Counted from the stretch's first letter, positions 1-10,313 are shown. The stretch: 64,000 nt of DNA from an uncultured Gammaproteobacteria bacterium (GCA_963764725.1 CAVXTM010000015.1:1-64000); one strand, 5' to 3'. A program made the numbers and translations. The notes: generated by a model not told the origin, from the letters alone.

Positions 1-1
1 G

Positions 2-1171
2 CTAGTCGCGTCGTAGCCGATCCGAGACCGCGATAGGGGTCGGATACCGCAGTACGATCACATACGAGGAGATGATAAACGTTATTAAGGTCGTGATCTG
101 AACCAGATATGAAATATCGTCGCCGACGAACTTCGATTCCGCCGCCAGCACCGCGATGAGGAGGGCGAATTCGCTGTTCTGGCCGAGCCGTACGCCGATT
201 TCTTGTGAAATATCCGGTTCTTCTCCGGCCCGCTTTAACAGCTCTCGAAACACCCATGGCTTTACGACCAGTATGGCGCCGGCAATCACTAGCGCAGGAG
301 CCATGAGATGACCCAGCGCGCCAAGATCGAAGGCGGCGCCCAAGGAAAAGAAGAATAGGATCAGGAAAAAGTCGCGCACCGGTTTCAAGCTCTCGGCGAT
401 GTAGGCAGCGATCGGGCTGGTGGCCAGGGTGACGCCGGCGACGAAGGCCCCGATTTCATGGGACAATCCTAAAACATGGGCGAGCTCCGCGATGCCGAGG
501 CACCACCCGATCGCGAGCAAAAAAATATATTCATGGATCTGATCGAAGCGCGTGATGAGCCGTTCCATCACCAGGCGATCCAGTGCATAGGCGATCAGCA
601 CCAGCAACGGAAAGGCCAAGAGCTGCATCACGATGTCGACGGCAAGCTGTCCGCCTTTACCATATCCCTGCAAAAGGAGCAGTATCACGATGGCCACCAG
701 GTCCTGGAGCAATAACACGCTAATGATGACCTGTCCGGTGTGCCGATGGTGGAGCGCCGTCGTCGGAAGCAGCTTAACGCTGATGATGGTGCTGGAAAAC
801 ATGAGCCCGCAGCCAAGAAAGGCGGCATCGGCGGGGGGCCATCCGAAGACGAGTCCCAAAGCGCCGCCGAGCAGAGCGAATACCACCGAGCTCAACAAGG
901 TTACCCACAAGGCCTCACCCAGTAGACGCCACAGTTGTTGCGGGGGGAGGTTGAGACCGATGAGATACAACAAGAACATGATCCCGATCGCCGCGACGTC
1001 CTCGATCCACGCTATATCTGAGACCAGCCCGATACCCCACGGGCCAAGGACTACACCGAGCACGATATACGCGACCAGCATCGCCTGACGGGCGTAAAGA
1101 GCGAGCGTGGCTAGAAACGCCGCGCCGGTGAAAACGAGGAAGAGCGAAAAGACGATATTTTCCCCTGCCAT
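2..1171 (-). CDS. Cation:proton antiporter (CPA2 / KefB-KefC-like membrane domain, no KTN domain)
   Basis: About 12 hydrophobic segments with FSSTIISVKLL, LLLQDL and GAFVAG motifs; start moved to MAGENIV (ATG at 1171), just after the hrpA stop. Confidence 0.88.
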   Translation of the reverse strand: MAGENIVFSLFLVFTGAAFLATLALYARQAMLVAYIVLGVVLGPWGIGLVSDIAWIEDVAAIGIMFLLYLIGLNLPPQQLWRLLGEALWVTLLSSVVFALLGGALGLVFGWPPADAAFLGCGLMFSSTIISVKLLPTTALHHRHTGQVIISVLLLQDLVAIVILLLLQGYGKGGQLAVDIVMQLLAFPLLVLIAYALDRLVMERLITRFDQIHEYIFLLAIGWCLGIAELAHVLGLSHEIGAFVAGVTLATSPIAAYIAESLKPVRDFFLILFFFSLGAAFDLGALGHLMAPALVIAGAILVVKPWVFRELLKRAGEEPDISQEIGVRLGQNSEFALLIAVLAAESKFVGDDISYLVQITTLITFIISSYVIVLRYPTPIAVSDRLRRD

Positions 1172-1173
1172 CG

Positions 1174-4100
1174 TTAGGCGACTCGTCCCGCGGCAGGCAA
1201 ACTCGCCTGGGCCCGGTTCCATTGTGCGTTCAGTCGGGCTTCGGAGACCGGGCAGGACGTGCCAAGGTCTTGGGCAAAGAGCGAGACGCGGTATTCTTCA
1301 ACCAGCCAGCGGTAGCGAATGAATTCCGGCGCGCTATCCTGGGTTTGTAACCGTTCCAAGCATCGATTCCAGGGGATAGTGATCGAGGCGGCGCGTTGCT
1401 GATCTTTTGAGGGATCGCGTGGGAACCGCTCTAAGCGGAGACCGGCGGCCCTGAGAAAACGCGGTAGCTCGGGCAGCCAATCGGCGGGCGTGGCGGAAAC
1501 AAAGCCGGGGTGGACGAGATAACTCAGTTGCTCCCGCACGTCCTTTTGCGCGCTCGGATGCGCGCCGGCGAGTTTTTTCTGAACGGCCTGCCACTCCGTC
1601 AAAACGGCGAGCACGAGATCGAAGAGTCCATCGAAGGTATGAATTAACTCCCCGCTCCCATGTACCAATCGCTTTCGGAATTCGTCTTCCGCCCGAATAT
1701 CGGCAGGCGGACCGAGGAAAGCGCGATCAATAGTGGCATCGATGAGGTCCCTGAGTAAAGCGTCCCGATTCCCGAGCGGCCGGTGCAACAACACCGCTTT
1801 CTCGATCCGTGGCGTTGTTTTCTTCAGATATTTGATTTGCTGCGGCAATTCCAGAGCGAATAAACGCCGCAAGCCGTGTCTATGCTCGCGCTCGGCGCGC
1901 TCCTCCGAGTCGAACACCTGGATTGCCACAGCGTCTTGGCAATCCACCAAACCCGGGAACCCGCAGAGCGTGACACCGCTTGAGCTTGTTTGCACCTGCC
2001 GCGGAAGCTGGCCGAAATCCCAGCGAGTGATCTGCTTGCGCTCGATGGTCCAGTTCACGCAAAACGCCGCGCGCGCGCGATCGCCGAGCTTACGTTGCAG
2101 CGGGACGAGCCGCCGGCCTTCCCCGAGCACTCGCCCCTCGCCATCGACCACGCGAAAATTCATGCACAGGTACTCCGGCAGCCGGCTAAGGTCCCATGCG
2201 TCATGAGGGATCAGAACGCCTGTCAGACGCTTAAGCTCCGCCGCCAGGGAGTCTATTAACGAGCCGCCATTCGGCCGCAACGCTCGGGCGCACACGTTGG
2301 CATAGTGCTCGACCGGTATGAAATCCTTGCGTAACGCTTTAGGCAACAGGCGTATGAGCGCCGCGATTTTCTCCGGCAACCAACCCGGAACCAACCAATC
2401 GAAAAACGATTCGTGGACTTGATTCAACACGATGATCGGGATCGTGACGCTTACCCCGTCGGCGTCGTGCCCCGGTTCGAATCGATAGCTTAAGGCTAGT
2501 TCTGCGCCGTCGATCACTAGCCGCGACGGAAAGCTATCTTCGGTTTCCACGCTGGCACGCATGAGCATGCCCTTGTTGAAATAAAGATGGCTCGGATTAT
2601 CCCGCTCCATCCTCGCGCGCCAACGTTCGAAGCTCGCGACGCTATAGACATCCGGCGGGATCCTCTGATCGAAAAAATCGTAACGCGCGTGCTCGTCGGC
2701 CAGCAGATCGAGCCGCCGTGCGCGCTTCTGGAGTTCCTCGATGTCCGCGACCAATTGCCGGTTATGGGTAAAAAAAGGCGCCGCCGTCTCATACTGTGCC
2801 TCGACCAAGGCCGCTTGAATGAACAACCGACGCGACTCGACCGGATCGATCGCGGCGTAGTCGACCTTGCGGTGGGTGATCAAGGTCAAGCCGTACAGCG
2901 TGACGTTCTCATAGGCGCTCGCGCGTCCCGTCTTACGCTCCCAATGCGGTTCCGAATAACTGCGGCGCACCAAATGCTGCGCGGCGTGCTCGATCCATTC
3001 CGGCTCCACAGTAGCGGCGGTCCGGGCGTATAAACGCGAGGTGTGTACGATCTCCGCGGCGACAATCCACGGGCCCGAATTCTTGAATAATGACGAACCC
3101 GGGAACACGTAAAATTTCGTTCCGCGCACGCCGAGGTATTCGTTTTTCTGGTATTTGAACCCGACTCGATCCAAAAAGCCCGTGAGCAAGGCCTTATGCA
3201 TCGCCTCGTAATCGGCGGGCGCCGTATTCATCACGAGACCGAGATCATACGCCAATGCCCGCAGTTGGCCTTCGACTTCGATCCACTCCTGCATCCGAAC
3301 CGGCGACACGAAATGGATCTTGCACAGTTGCCGCAGCTTGTTCTTGGAGAGGTGGCGCGCTTGCTCGCCATAGAATCGCCAGAAACGCAGGAACCAAAGA
3401 AAGTCCGAGCGCGGGTCTGTGAATTGCCGCTGCGCCTCATCGGCCTCCTCGCGAGCATCGAACGGCCGCTCGCGTGGATCTTGGATGCTCAATGCGGCGG
3501 CAATGATCAACATTTCCGCGAGACACTGATATTCACGCGCACTCAGGATGATCCGACCGATACGCGGGTCAACCGGAAACCGCGCAAGACGCCGCCCCAG
3601 CGCCGTAAGCCCCTTGGAGGCATCGGTCGCGCCGAGCTCTTCCAGCAGCTTATAACCCGCCTTGATCGCGCGGCTGTCGGGCGCATCCAGCAGCGGGAAG
3701 CGCTCAATCTCCCCCATACCCAAGGCGCGCAGCTTGAGGATCACCGCCGCCATGTTGCTACGCAAAATCTCCGGATCGGTGTATTCGGGCCGCGCCTCGT
3801 AGTCTTCGCGTGCGTATAGGCGAATACAGATCCCTGGGCTCAAGCGTCCGCAACGCCCCTTGCGCTGTTCCGCCGAAGCTTGCGAAATCCTCTCCGTCAG
3901 CAAGCGCTGAACCTTAGTGTTGGGATTAAAGCGGTTGATGCGCGCGAGCCCGGCATCGATCACATAGCGGATACCCGGTACCGTGACCGAAGTCTCCGCC
4001 ACATTGGTCGCCAAGACGATGCGGCGGCCGGCGTGCCCCGTGAACACCCGGTCTTGTTCGGCGGCGCTCAAGCGCGAATAAAGCGCTAAGATTTCGGTCA

Positions 4101-5112
4101 TGCGGAGATGGCGCAAGCTCTCCGCCGTTTCCCGGATCTCCTTTTCCCCGGGAAGAAAAATCAAAATATCTCCCGGCGCCTCGCGCGACAGCTCATCGAC
4201 TGCGGCCAAGATGGCTTGTCCCGGATCGTGATCCACCGCGCCTTTATCATCTTCTTGCAGCGGCCTGTAGCGAAGTTCTACCGGATAGGCACGGCCGGAA
4301 ACTTCAATGATCGGCGCGTCATCGAAATGCCGCGCGAAGCGCTCGGGATCGATGGTTGCCGAAGTCACGATCACTTTGAGATCGGACCGTTTAGGCAGCA
4401 GATCCTTTAGATAACCCAGCAAGAAATCGATATTGAGCGTCCGCTCGTGGGCTTCGTCGATGATGAGCGTGTCATAGGCTTCAAGCCTGCGATCGCTCTC
4501 GATTTCCGCGAGCAAGATCCCGTCGGTCATGAGCTTGATATAGGTTGCGGGTCCGACATGGTTGCGGAAACGGACCTTGAATCCGACCTCTTGGCCCACC
4601 CCGACGCCAAGCTCCTCGGCAATCCGGGAGGCAATGGTCCGGGCGGCGATCCGGCGCGGTTGGGTGTGGCCGATCATGCCGCGTATACCCCGGCCCAAGG
4701 ACAGGCATAACTTCGGCAATTGTGTCGATTTTCCGGAACCTGTCTCGCCGCACACGACGATAACTTGGCGCGACGCCAGCGCACTAGCGATATCCTCGAC
4801 GCGCGCGTAGATCGGTAAGGACTGCGGAAATTCTACGCGTGGGCAGGCTTCGGATCGCCGCTGGGCGGTATGGATCGATGCCTGAATCTGCCGTTCGAGT
4901 GCGCCGAGCGCCTCCGGATCCGCTCCGCCGGCCGCTTGGCTCGCGCGCACGCTCTGCAAGCGGCGTCGCAGCGGACGCTGCTCGCGCAGCATGCATTGCC
5001 CGATGGCCGGATCCAAGCGCTCAAGGGCTTCCATAATTTGGCTCGCCGCCATAAGGCCACGCCGATCAGTGGATTCAGATAGGCATGTTTCGCGCATATA
5101 ATCCCGGGTCAT
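1174..5112 (-). CDS. hrpA: ATP-dependent RNA helicase HrpA
   Basis: GETGSGKSTQLP, TQPRRIAA, DEAHER, SAT and QRKGRCGR motifs; C-terminal EEYRVSLFAQ; exact start uncertain. Confidence 0.96.
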   Translation of the reverse strand: MTRDYMRETCLSESTDRRGLMAASQIMEALERLDPAIGQCMLREQRPLRRRLQSVRASQAAGGADPEALGALERQIQASIHTAQRRSEACPRVEFPQSLPIYARVEDIASALASRQVIVVCGETGSGKSTQLPKLCLSLGRGIRGMIGHTQPRRIAARTIASRIAEELGVGVGQEVGFKVRFRNHVGPATYIKLMTDGILLAEIESDRRLEAYDTLIIDEAHERTLNIDFLLGYLKDLLPKRSDLKVIVTSATIDPERFARHFDDAPIIEVSGRAYPVELRYRPLQEDDKGAVDHDPGQAILAAVDELSREAPGDILIFLPGEKEIRETAESLRHLRMTEILALYSRLSAAEQDRVFTGHAGRRIVLATNVAETSVTVPGIRYVIDAGLARINRFNPNTKVQRLLTERISQASAEQRKGRCGRLSPGICIRLYAREDYEARPEYTDPEILRSNMAAVILKLRALGMGEIERFPLLDAPDSRAIKAGYKLLEELGATDASKGLTALGRRLARFPVDPRIGRIILSAREYQCLAEMLIIAAALSIQDPRERPFDAREEADEAQRQFTDPRSDFLWFLRFWRFYGEQARHLSKNKLRQLCKIHFVSPVRMQEWIEVEGQLRALAYDLGLVMNTAPADYEAMHKALLTGFLDRVGFKYQKNEYLGVRGTKFYVFPGSSLFKNSGPWIVAAEIVHTSRLYARTAATVEPEWIEHAAQHLVRRSYSEPHWERKTGRASAYENVTLYGLTLITHRKVDYAAIDPVESRRLFIQAALVEAQYETAAPFFTHNRQLVADIEELQKRARRLDLLADEHARYDFFDQRIPPDVYSVASFERWRARMERDNPSHLYFNKGMLMRASVETEDSFPSRLVIDGAELALSYRFEPGHDADGVSVTIPIIVLNQVHESFFDWLVPGWLPEKIAALIRLLPKALRKDFIPVEHYANVCARALRPNGGSLIDSLAAELKRLTGVLIPHDAWDLSRLPEYLCMNFRVVDGEGRVLGEGRRLVPLQRKLGDRARAAFCVNWTIERKQITRWDFGQLPRQVQTSSSGVTLCGFPGLVDCQDAVAIQVFDSEERAEREHRHGLRRLFALELPQQIKYLKKTTPRIEKAVLLHRPLGNRDALLRDLIDATIDRAFLGPPADIRAEDEFRKRLVHGSGELIHTFDGLFDLVLAVLTEWQAVQKKLAGAHPSAQKDVREQLSYLVHPGFVSATPADWLPELPRFLRAAGLRLERFPRDPSKDQQRAASITIPWNRCLERLQTQDSAPEFIRYRWLVEEYRVSLFAQDLGTSCPVSEARLNAQWNRAQASLPAAGRVA

Positions 5113-5155
5113 CAGCCAAGCAACACGCCCGTTCCTGATAGATTTATTGAGTTTG

Positions 5156-5174
5156 TTTAACTAACCTAGTTAAA
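5156..5174. promoter_or_regulatory. Perfect inverted repeat, putative operator in the divergent hrpA / PP2C promoter region
   Basis: TTTAACTA-ACC-TAGTTAAA in an AT-rich gap of about 120 bp. Confidence 0.45.
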
Positions 5175-5231
5175 ATTACCCGTCCGCCAACGCTTTATAA
5201 CAAAAGTCTAAAGCCCGGTCGATTACCCACG

Positions 5232-7100
5232 ATGCCAGTACGGTTCGAGCTCGCCGGATCACAGATCATCGGCCGCCGCAATTCTCAGGAAGATGCGTTT
5301 CTAATCACGTATCTCAGCGAGAAATCGGATGCCGGCGCCGACGCAGTCCTGATCGTGGCCGACGGCATGGGCGGGCATGCGGCTGGTCATCTTGCCAGTA
5401 ATCTCGCGGTACAGACATTCAATCGGCACGTGACCACCCACTATGCCGAAGGAGATATTCCAGCCCTGCTCCACGAAGGGATAGCACACGCCAACAAAGT
5501 CATTGGTGACACCGCCAAGGAAATGAGCGCCCTGCAAGGCATGGGGTGCACCTTGGTAAGCGTCGTATTATCAGGCTCTCATCTCTATTTTGTGAGTGTC
5601 GGCGATAGCCACATTTACCTATTGCGCAATCACAAACTGAAAAAGGCCAACGCCGATCATAGCTACGGGGGCTTTCTGGATCGCATGGCGGCTTCGGGCC
5701 AGCCCGTGGAACCCGAACCGGGGAGCTCCAGAAACATGCTCTTAAGCGCATTGACCGGCGAGGATATTTTTGAGATCGACTGTCCCGGCGAGCCGCTGGA
5801 GCTCCTGCCGGGCGACAAGGTGATTCTCGCCACCGACGGTCTCGATACCCTAGCCGAGGATCAGATTGCCGCCCTCGGCAACAAGGCAAGCACGGCGAAT
5901 AGCCTAGTCGATGGGCTGCTCAATGCTGCGGATAACGCCAAAGCAAAACACCAAGACAACACCACCGTGCTTGCCATCCACGTTCTCGAACGTACGGAGC
6001 CGGTAAAAAGCGCGGCTCCCCCCTCGATTCAATCCGAAGCCGTCACGCTTCCCGCGCCACCGGCGGCCGAAGAGATACCGGAGGTAGTCTCCCCGGAACC
6101 GCGGCGCGCCCGGCCGGTAGTCGTAATAGCCGGCATCGTAGCGGTGTTGGGCTTGATCGCGGCCCTACTTTTCATGTATGCGCAAGACCTCTTTCCCCCG
6201 GAAGTGGCCCCCGAGCCGGTGTCTATGGATAATCCGGCCGCCAATGAGGGGCTAGAGCCCAGCTTACCCACGCCCGAAATCGACCGATCCCAAGCGGGTT
6301 CGGGCGGGGATCCTAAACCGGATCCCTTGGCCAGCGAGCCAAGCAAGTCAATCGCGACGGCACCGCTCGCCGCACCCGAGGTTTTTCGCGATCCGATGCA
6401 CGGCGCGGGCCGAGGACCCGAGATGGTCTGGATCGCGGAGGGTTCCTTCCCGATGGGAAGCACTAAAACCGCGGCGGCGGCCGACGAAGGTCCCCCGCAT
6501 CAAGTCGTCGTCAAACGCTTCGCGATGAGCCGTAACGAAGTCACCTACGCCGAGTATGCTTCGTTCGCACGGGCGACACGAAGATCGTTGGGCAATTCCG
6601 CACCAACCGACGATCGAACGCCGGTGGTCCTCGTTAGTTGGAATGATGCCGTCGCCTACACCCGCTGGTTGACGCAAGCGACCGGACATCGTTACCGGCT
6701 CCCCACGGAAGCGGAATGGGAATATGCCGCGGCGGCCGGTACTCAGACGCCCTACTGGTGGGGCTACCAGATCGAAGAAGGTAAGGCGCACTGCTACGGG
6801 TGTGCTAGCGATCTCACTGCTCAACGGCCGGCGCCAGTCGGCAGCTTCAAGGCCAATCCGTTCGGTCTGCATGATACCGCCGGGAACGTATTGGAATGGG
6901 TACAGGATTGCTATCATCCGTCGTACACAGGTGGTCCCTCCGATGGGAGCGCCTGGGAGACGCCCAAGTGTAGAATGCGTGTGGCCCGCGGTGGCGCCTA
7001 CAGCACGCCGGCGAAATCCCTGCGCTCGACCAAGCGCTTTCGGCTCAATGCCGACGGCCGCTACGATGATGTCGGGTTGCGCGTCGTCCGGGAGCCGTAG
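5232..7100 (+). CDS. PP2C-family Ser/Thr phosphatase fused via a transmembrane helix to an FGE-sulfatase (SUMF1-like) domain
   Basis: N-terminal GRRNSQED, VADGMGGH, VGDS, TDGL, DNTT; central TM helix; C-terminal RLPTEAEWEYAA, NPFGLHDTAGNVLEW, VGLRVVR. Confidence 0.9.
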   Translation: MPVRFELAGSQIIGRRNSQEDAFLITYLSEKSDAGADAVLIVADGMGGHAAGHLASNLAVQTFNRHVTTHYAEGDIPALLHEGIAHANKVIGDTAKEMSALQGMGCTLVSVVLSGSHLYFVSVGDSHIYLLRNHKLKKANADHSYGGFLDRMAASGQPVEPEPGSSRNMLLSALTGEDIFEIDCPGEPLELLPGDKVILATDGLDTLAEDQIAALGNKASTANSLVDGLLNAADNAKAKHQDNTTVLAIHVLERTEPVKSAAPPSIQSEAVTLPAPPAAEEIPEVVSPEPRRARPVVVIAGIVAVLGLIAALLFMYAQDLFPPEVAPEPVSMDNPAANEGLEPSLPTPEIDRSQAGSGGDPKPDPLASEPSKSIATAPLAAPEVFRDPMHGAGRGPEMVWIAEGSFPMGSTKTAAAADEGPPHQVVVKRFAMSRNEVTYAEYASFARATRRSLGNSAPTDDRTPVVLVSWNDAVAYTRWLTQATGHRYRLPTEAEWEYAAAAGTQTPYWWGYQIEEGKAHCYGCASDLTAQRPAPVGSFKANPFGLHDTAGNVLEWVQDCYHPSYTGGPSDGSAWETPKCRMRVARGGAYSTPAKSLRSTKRFRLNADGRYDDVGLRVVREP

Positions 7101-7192
7101 TTCCTTTCTCAAGTCATTCAGCACTAGACCTTAGAGCCCACATACCAAGCAACCTCACCCAGAATCAGCGACCAAACGGCGAGATCCGCACC

Positions 7193-7525
7193 ATGCAAAG
7201 CGATAAGCGAAACGTCAAGTACATCGTTCTCTGCGCCTTGGCTTCCGTTTCCATGGCAGCCATCGCCGGCGATCGATACGGTACTTCGGTATATGGATAT
7301 AGCACCGAACAGGGTTACCAGCGCCAAATCTATGGCGGGGGCAATGGCGTCTACCAAGGGTATTACCACCCGCCCTATTATTTCGCTTCTCCCTACGGTG
7401 GATATCAACCGCCCTATGACCGCCGCTACTCTGAAGGTTTTCACGACGGGTACCATCAAGGGCAGCATCAACCGAGCGAGCCCAGGCACGGCACACGGTT
7501 CAGTGATCGGCGCCATAAGAATTGA
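7193..7525 (+). CDS. Small secreted Gly/Tyr-rich protein
   Basis: GGCGAGA upstream, signal-peptide-like N-terminus (KYIVLCALASVSMAAIA-G), low-complexity Y/G/H/Q mature part. Confidence 0.6.
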   Translation: MQSDKRNVKYIVLCALASVSMAAIAGDRYGTSVYGYSTEQGYQRQIYGGGNGVYQGYYHPPYYFASPYGGYQPPYDRRYSEGFHDGYHQGQHQPSEPRHGTRFSDRRHKN

Positions 7526-7539
7526 GCGCGGATGATCCC

Positions 7540-7876
7540 TTAGCGAGCCGCGTGGAGGCTGGCAATATCCGAGTGCACGCGATAGAGGAACCAGAATACG
7601 GGTAGGGAGACAACGAAGGTGACCAGAAAAAATTAGCCTACCCGATCGCCTGCAACCATTTACCCCGACGCTGGACCAACAAAAAAGGCGGCTGAAGCTC
7701 GCGATGGCGGACAGCGAGCATATGCGCGGCTGTGTAGCGCGGGTCGCACAGTCCCATCAGGAGGGCCACGAGGGTGGCGGTTCCCGTACCGCCGCTCAGG
7801 TTTTCGAGCGCGATGACGAGGGCTAACAAGAGAGCGTATATTTCATCCCGCCGGTGAGGAATGCCGTGGTGAGGGA
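7540..7876 (-). pseudogene. Degraded AmpG-family permease remnant (C-terminal half, with deletion, frameshifts and stops)
   Basis: Minus-strand pieces read SLTTAFLTGG, ENLSGGTGTATLVALLMGLCDPRYTA, FVGPASG* and FFLVTFVVSLP, which match AmpG C-terminal motifs. Confidence 0.75.
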
Positions 7877-8063
7877 TTGCTGCTCGTGCTGATCGTCTTG
7901 TATCAATTAGGCATCCATCGGCACAGCATCACTGCGCGCCTTCGCCTCTCCACGCCATTGCGTGCGAGCCGCGTCGGTAGCTAGACTGCGCGCGTAACAC
8001 AATTAACCAACTGCTCTCCAGACTGTCCTGGACCCGTGTTCTTTTTAATGGGCACATCATAAA

Positions 8064-9620
8064 GTGACGGATCGCCTTTCCGCCGCACAAGCCGTATGGT
8101 ACGCGTTGCGAAGCTGGCGCACGGCGTCGGTGAGTCTGCTGTCTTTTTCGTCCGGGATGCCACTCGGGCTGGTGTGGATCGCCATTCCGGCATGGCTCGC
8201 GCGTCAAGGCGTGGACATAAAGATTATCGGGCTGTTCACGTTGGCACAGGCGCCGTGGAGCTTCAAGTTTCTCTGGTCACCGATCATTGACCGCTACGCG
8301 CTGCCGCTACCATGGCTCGGACGCAAGCTCGGCTGGACACTGCTCTTCCAGATCACTCTGCTCGTCACCACATTCCTGCTCGTAGGCGTGGCACAACATC
8401 CGGATGCCATCTGGATCATCGGCGTACTCACGCTCGCCATCGCCTTCGCCTCGGCGAGCCAGGACATCGCCGTAGACGCCTATGCCGTAGAAGTGTTGCG
8501 CCCCGAGGAACAGGGCGTGGCGGTCGGCGCGCGCACGGCAATCTACCGCGCCGCCATGTTCGTTGCCGGTGGTCTTGCCATCACGCTGGCAGGATCGTGG
8601 TCATGGCCGTTCATGTTTGGACTGATCGCACTGCTCTATGTGCCCATGATGATTGTCACTCTGTTCGCGCCGCGCTCAGATCTCAACGGGGCCGAATCAC
8701 CGCAAACCCTGCGGGAAGCGGTGTGGAAACCGTTCGTGGGTTTTCTCGCGCGGCGCCAGGCGATGGTACTGCTGGCGTTTGTCGTGCTCTACAAGCTCGC
8801 CGACAACCTTGCCGGTGCGCTGGTGCGGCCGTTCCTGATACAGATGGGGTTCGACGATTTCGACGTGGGCGTGGCCACCGCCACCATCGGGCTCGTCACC
8901 ACGCTGTTCGGAACCCTGCTGGGCGGCATGCTCACTACGGCCATGGGTCTTGGGCATTCGCTTTGGGTCTTCGGGTTCCTCCAGATCTTCTCGAACCTCG
9001 GCTACGTGTTTGTCACCGAGGCCGGCCCGAATCGTTGGATCATGTACACCGCCATGGGTTTTGAAAGCCTCACGAGCGGAATGGGGACGGGGGCGTTCGG
9101 CGTGCTGTTGTTACGCATTACCCAGAAACAATTCTCGGCCACACAGTACGCACTATTCTCGAGTTTGTTCGCATTACCTCGCATTTTCTCCGGCCCGATT
9201 ACTGGTGTCGCGGTTGATGCGCTGGGCTGGCACGACTTCTTCATCCTCACCATGCTGATCGGTCTGCCCGGGATGGTGTTGCTGCACCGCTTCTCACCGC
9301 TCGGCGTGCGCGACCCAAGTTTGGAGGAACCGACGCTCGCAGCCGCCACTCCCGTGAACCGGGCAACACTTCTCATCAGAGCACTCACCGGTGGAGTAGC
9401 GGGATTCGTTTTAGCAGTACTTGTGGCAGCGCTCCTCGAAGCATTTAGAAGACACCGTGCCGCACCGGACGACGCCTTCGATCTTCTCACTCCTCTCGCC
9501 GCGATTTTCACACCGCAAGCCGTGAACGAGTGGCTCATGCTTGCCGGTATCGCAATCTTCGGCCTGCTTATCGGCCTGACCGCCGCCGCTACCGCGGCAG
9601 CGCGATCCCCGAAAGATTAG
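8064..9620 (+). CDS. ampG: AmpG-family muropeptide MFS transporter
   Basis: FSSGMPL, PWSFKFLWSP, SASQDIAVDAY, LYKLAD and SATQYALFSSL motifs; extra C-terminal TM hairpin. Confidence 0.92.
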   Translation: MTDRLSAAQAVWYALRSWRTASVSLLSFSSGMPLGLVWIAIPAWLARQGVDIKIIGLFTLAQAPWSFKFLWSPIIDRYALPLPWLGRKLGWTLLFQITLLVTTFLLVGVAQHPDAIWIIGVLTLAIAFASASQDIAVDAYAVEVLRPEEQGVAVGARTAIYRAAMFVAGGLAITLAGSWSWPFMFGLIALLYVPMMIVTLFAPRSDLNGAESPQTLREAVWKPFVGFLARRQAMVLLAFVVLYKLADNLAGALVRPFLIQMGFDDFDVGVATATIGLVTTLFGTLLGGMLTTAMGLGHSLWVFGFLQIFSNLGYVFVTEAGPNRWIMYTAMGFESLTSGMGTGAFGVLLLRITQKQFSATQYALFSSLFALPRIFSGPITGVAVDALGWHDFFILTMLIGLPGMVLLHRFSPLGVRDPSLEEPTLAAATPVNRATLLIRALTGGVAGFVLAVLVAALLEAFRRHRAAPDDAFDLLTPLAAIFTPQAVNEWLMLAGIAIFGLLIGLTAAATAAARSPKD

Positions 9621-9681
9621 GCCAGCTTCGCTTTGGTGCTTGCTGTTTTGCAACCGAATTAGGCGCTTACTGAAACAACAT

Positions 9682-9697
9682 CGACAAAAAATTGTCG
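9682..9697. promoter_or_regulatory. Palindromic site CGACAA-N4-TTGTCG (copy 1)
   Basis: About 100 bp upstream of the CYTH gene; near-identical copy at 26273-26288. Confidence 0.45.
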
Positions 9698-9798
9698 GTA
9701 GTTACGGTGTCACGAACTGCTCCGACAGGTTCAAATATCTTATATATCTTACCTATGAGAGAGAATTAGTATACATTGTCGCTGCGGGGGTCCGGGCT

Positions 9799-10266
9799 GT
9801 GGGGCGCGAAATCGAACGTAAATTCTTGGTAAAGAACGACGCTTGGCGGCAACACGCCGCCGCACCCGTGCGCATGCGTCAAGGTTACTTGAACGAGAAC
9901 GGACCTGGTTCGATACGCGTGCGCGTCACGGGGGACCAGGCCGCCCTGAACATCAAAAGCGCGACATTGGGTGTGTCGCGCACGGAATTCGAGTATGCGA
10001 TCCCCTTGAGCGACGCGGAATACATCTTAGACTCTCTTTGCCTCAAACCGCTGATCGAAAAGACACGCTATAAAATCGAGTATGCCGGTCACCTGTGGGA
10101 AATCGATGTCTTCGAGGGAGACAACGCGGGTCTCGTGGTCGCGGAAATCGAGTTGGAAGCTGCCGAAGAACCGTTCCGTCTGCCCGATTGGATCGGCGCC
10201 GAGGTCTCTCACGACCCGCGCTTTTATAACGCGTGCTTGGTGTCTCACCCTTACAAGAACTGGTAG
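9799..10266 (+). CDS. CYTH domain protein (inorganic triphosphatase-like)
   Basis: EIERKFLV, RQGYL, IEKTRY, WEIDVFEG and LVVAEIEL motifs; GTG start at 9799 inferred. Confidence 0.92.
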   Translation: MGREIERKFLVKNDAWRQHAAAPVRMRQGYLNENGPGSIRVRVTGDQAALNIKSATLGVSRTEFEYAIPLSDAEYILDSLCLKPLIEKTRYKIEYAGHLWEIDVFEGDNAGLVVAEIELEAAEEPFRLPDWIGAEVSHDPRFYNACLVSHPYKNW

Positions 10267-10313
10267 TTCAGCACGAGGCCTCAGGTCCGTACTCGTCCGC
10301 CACCAACCGGGGT

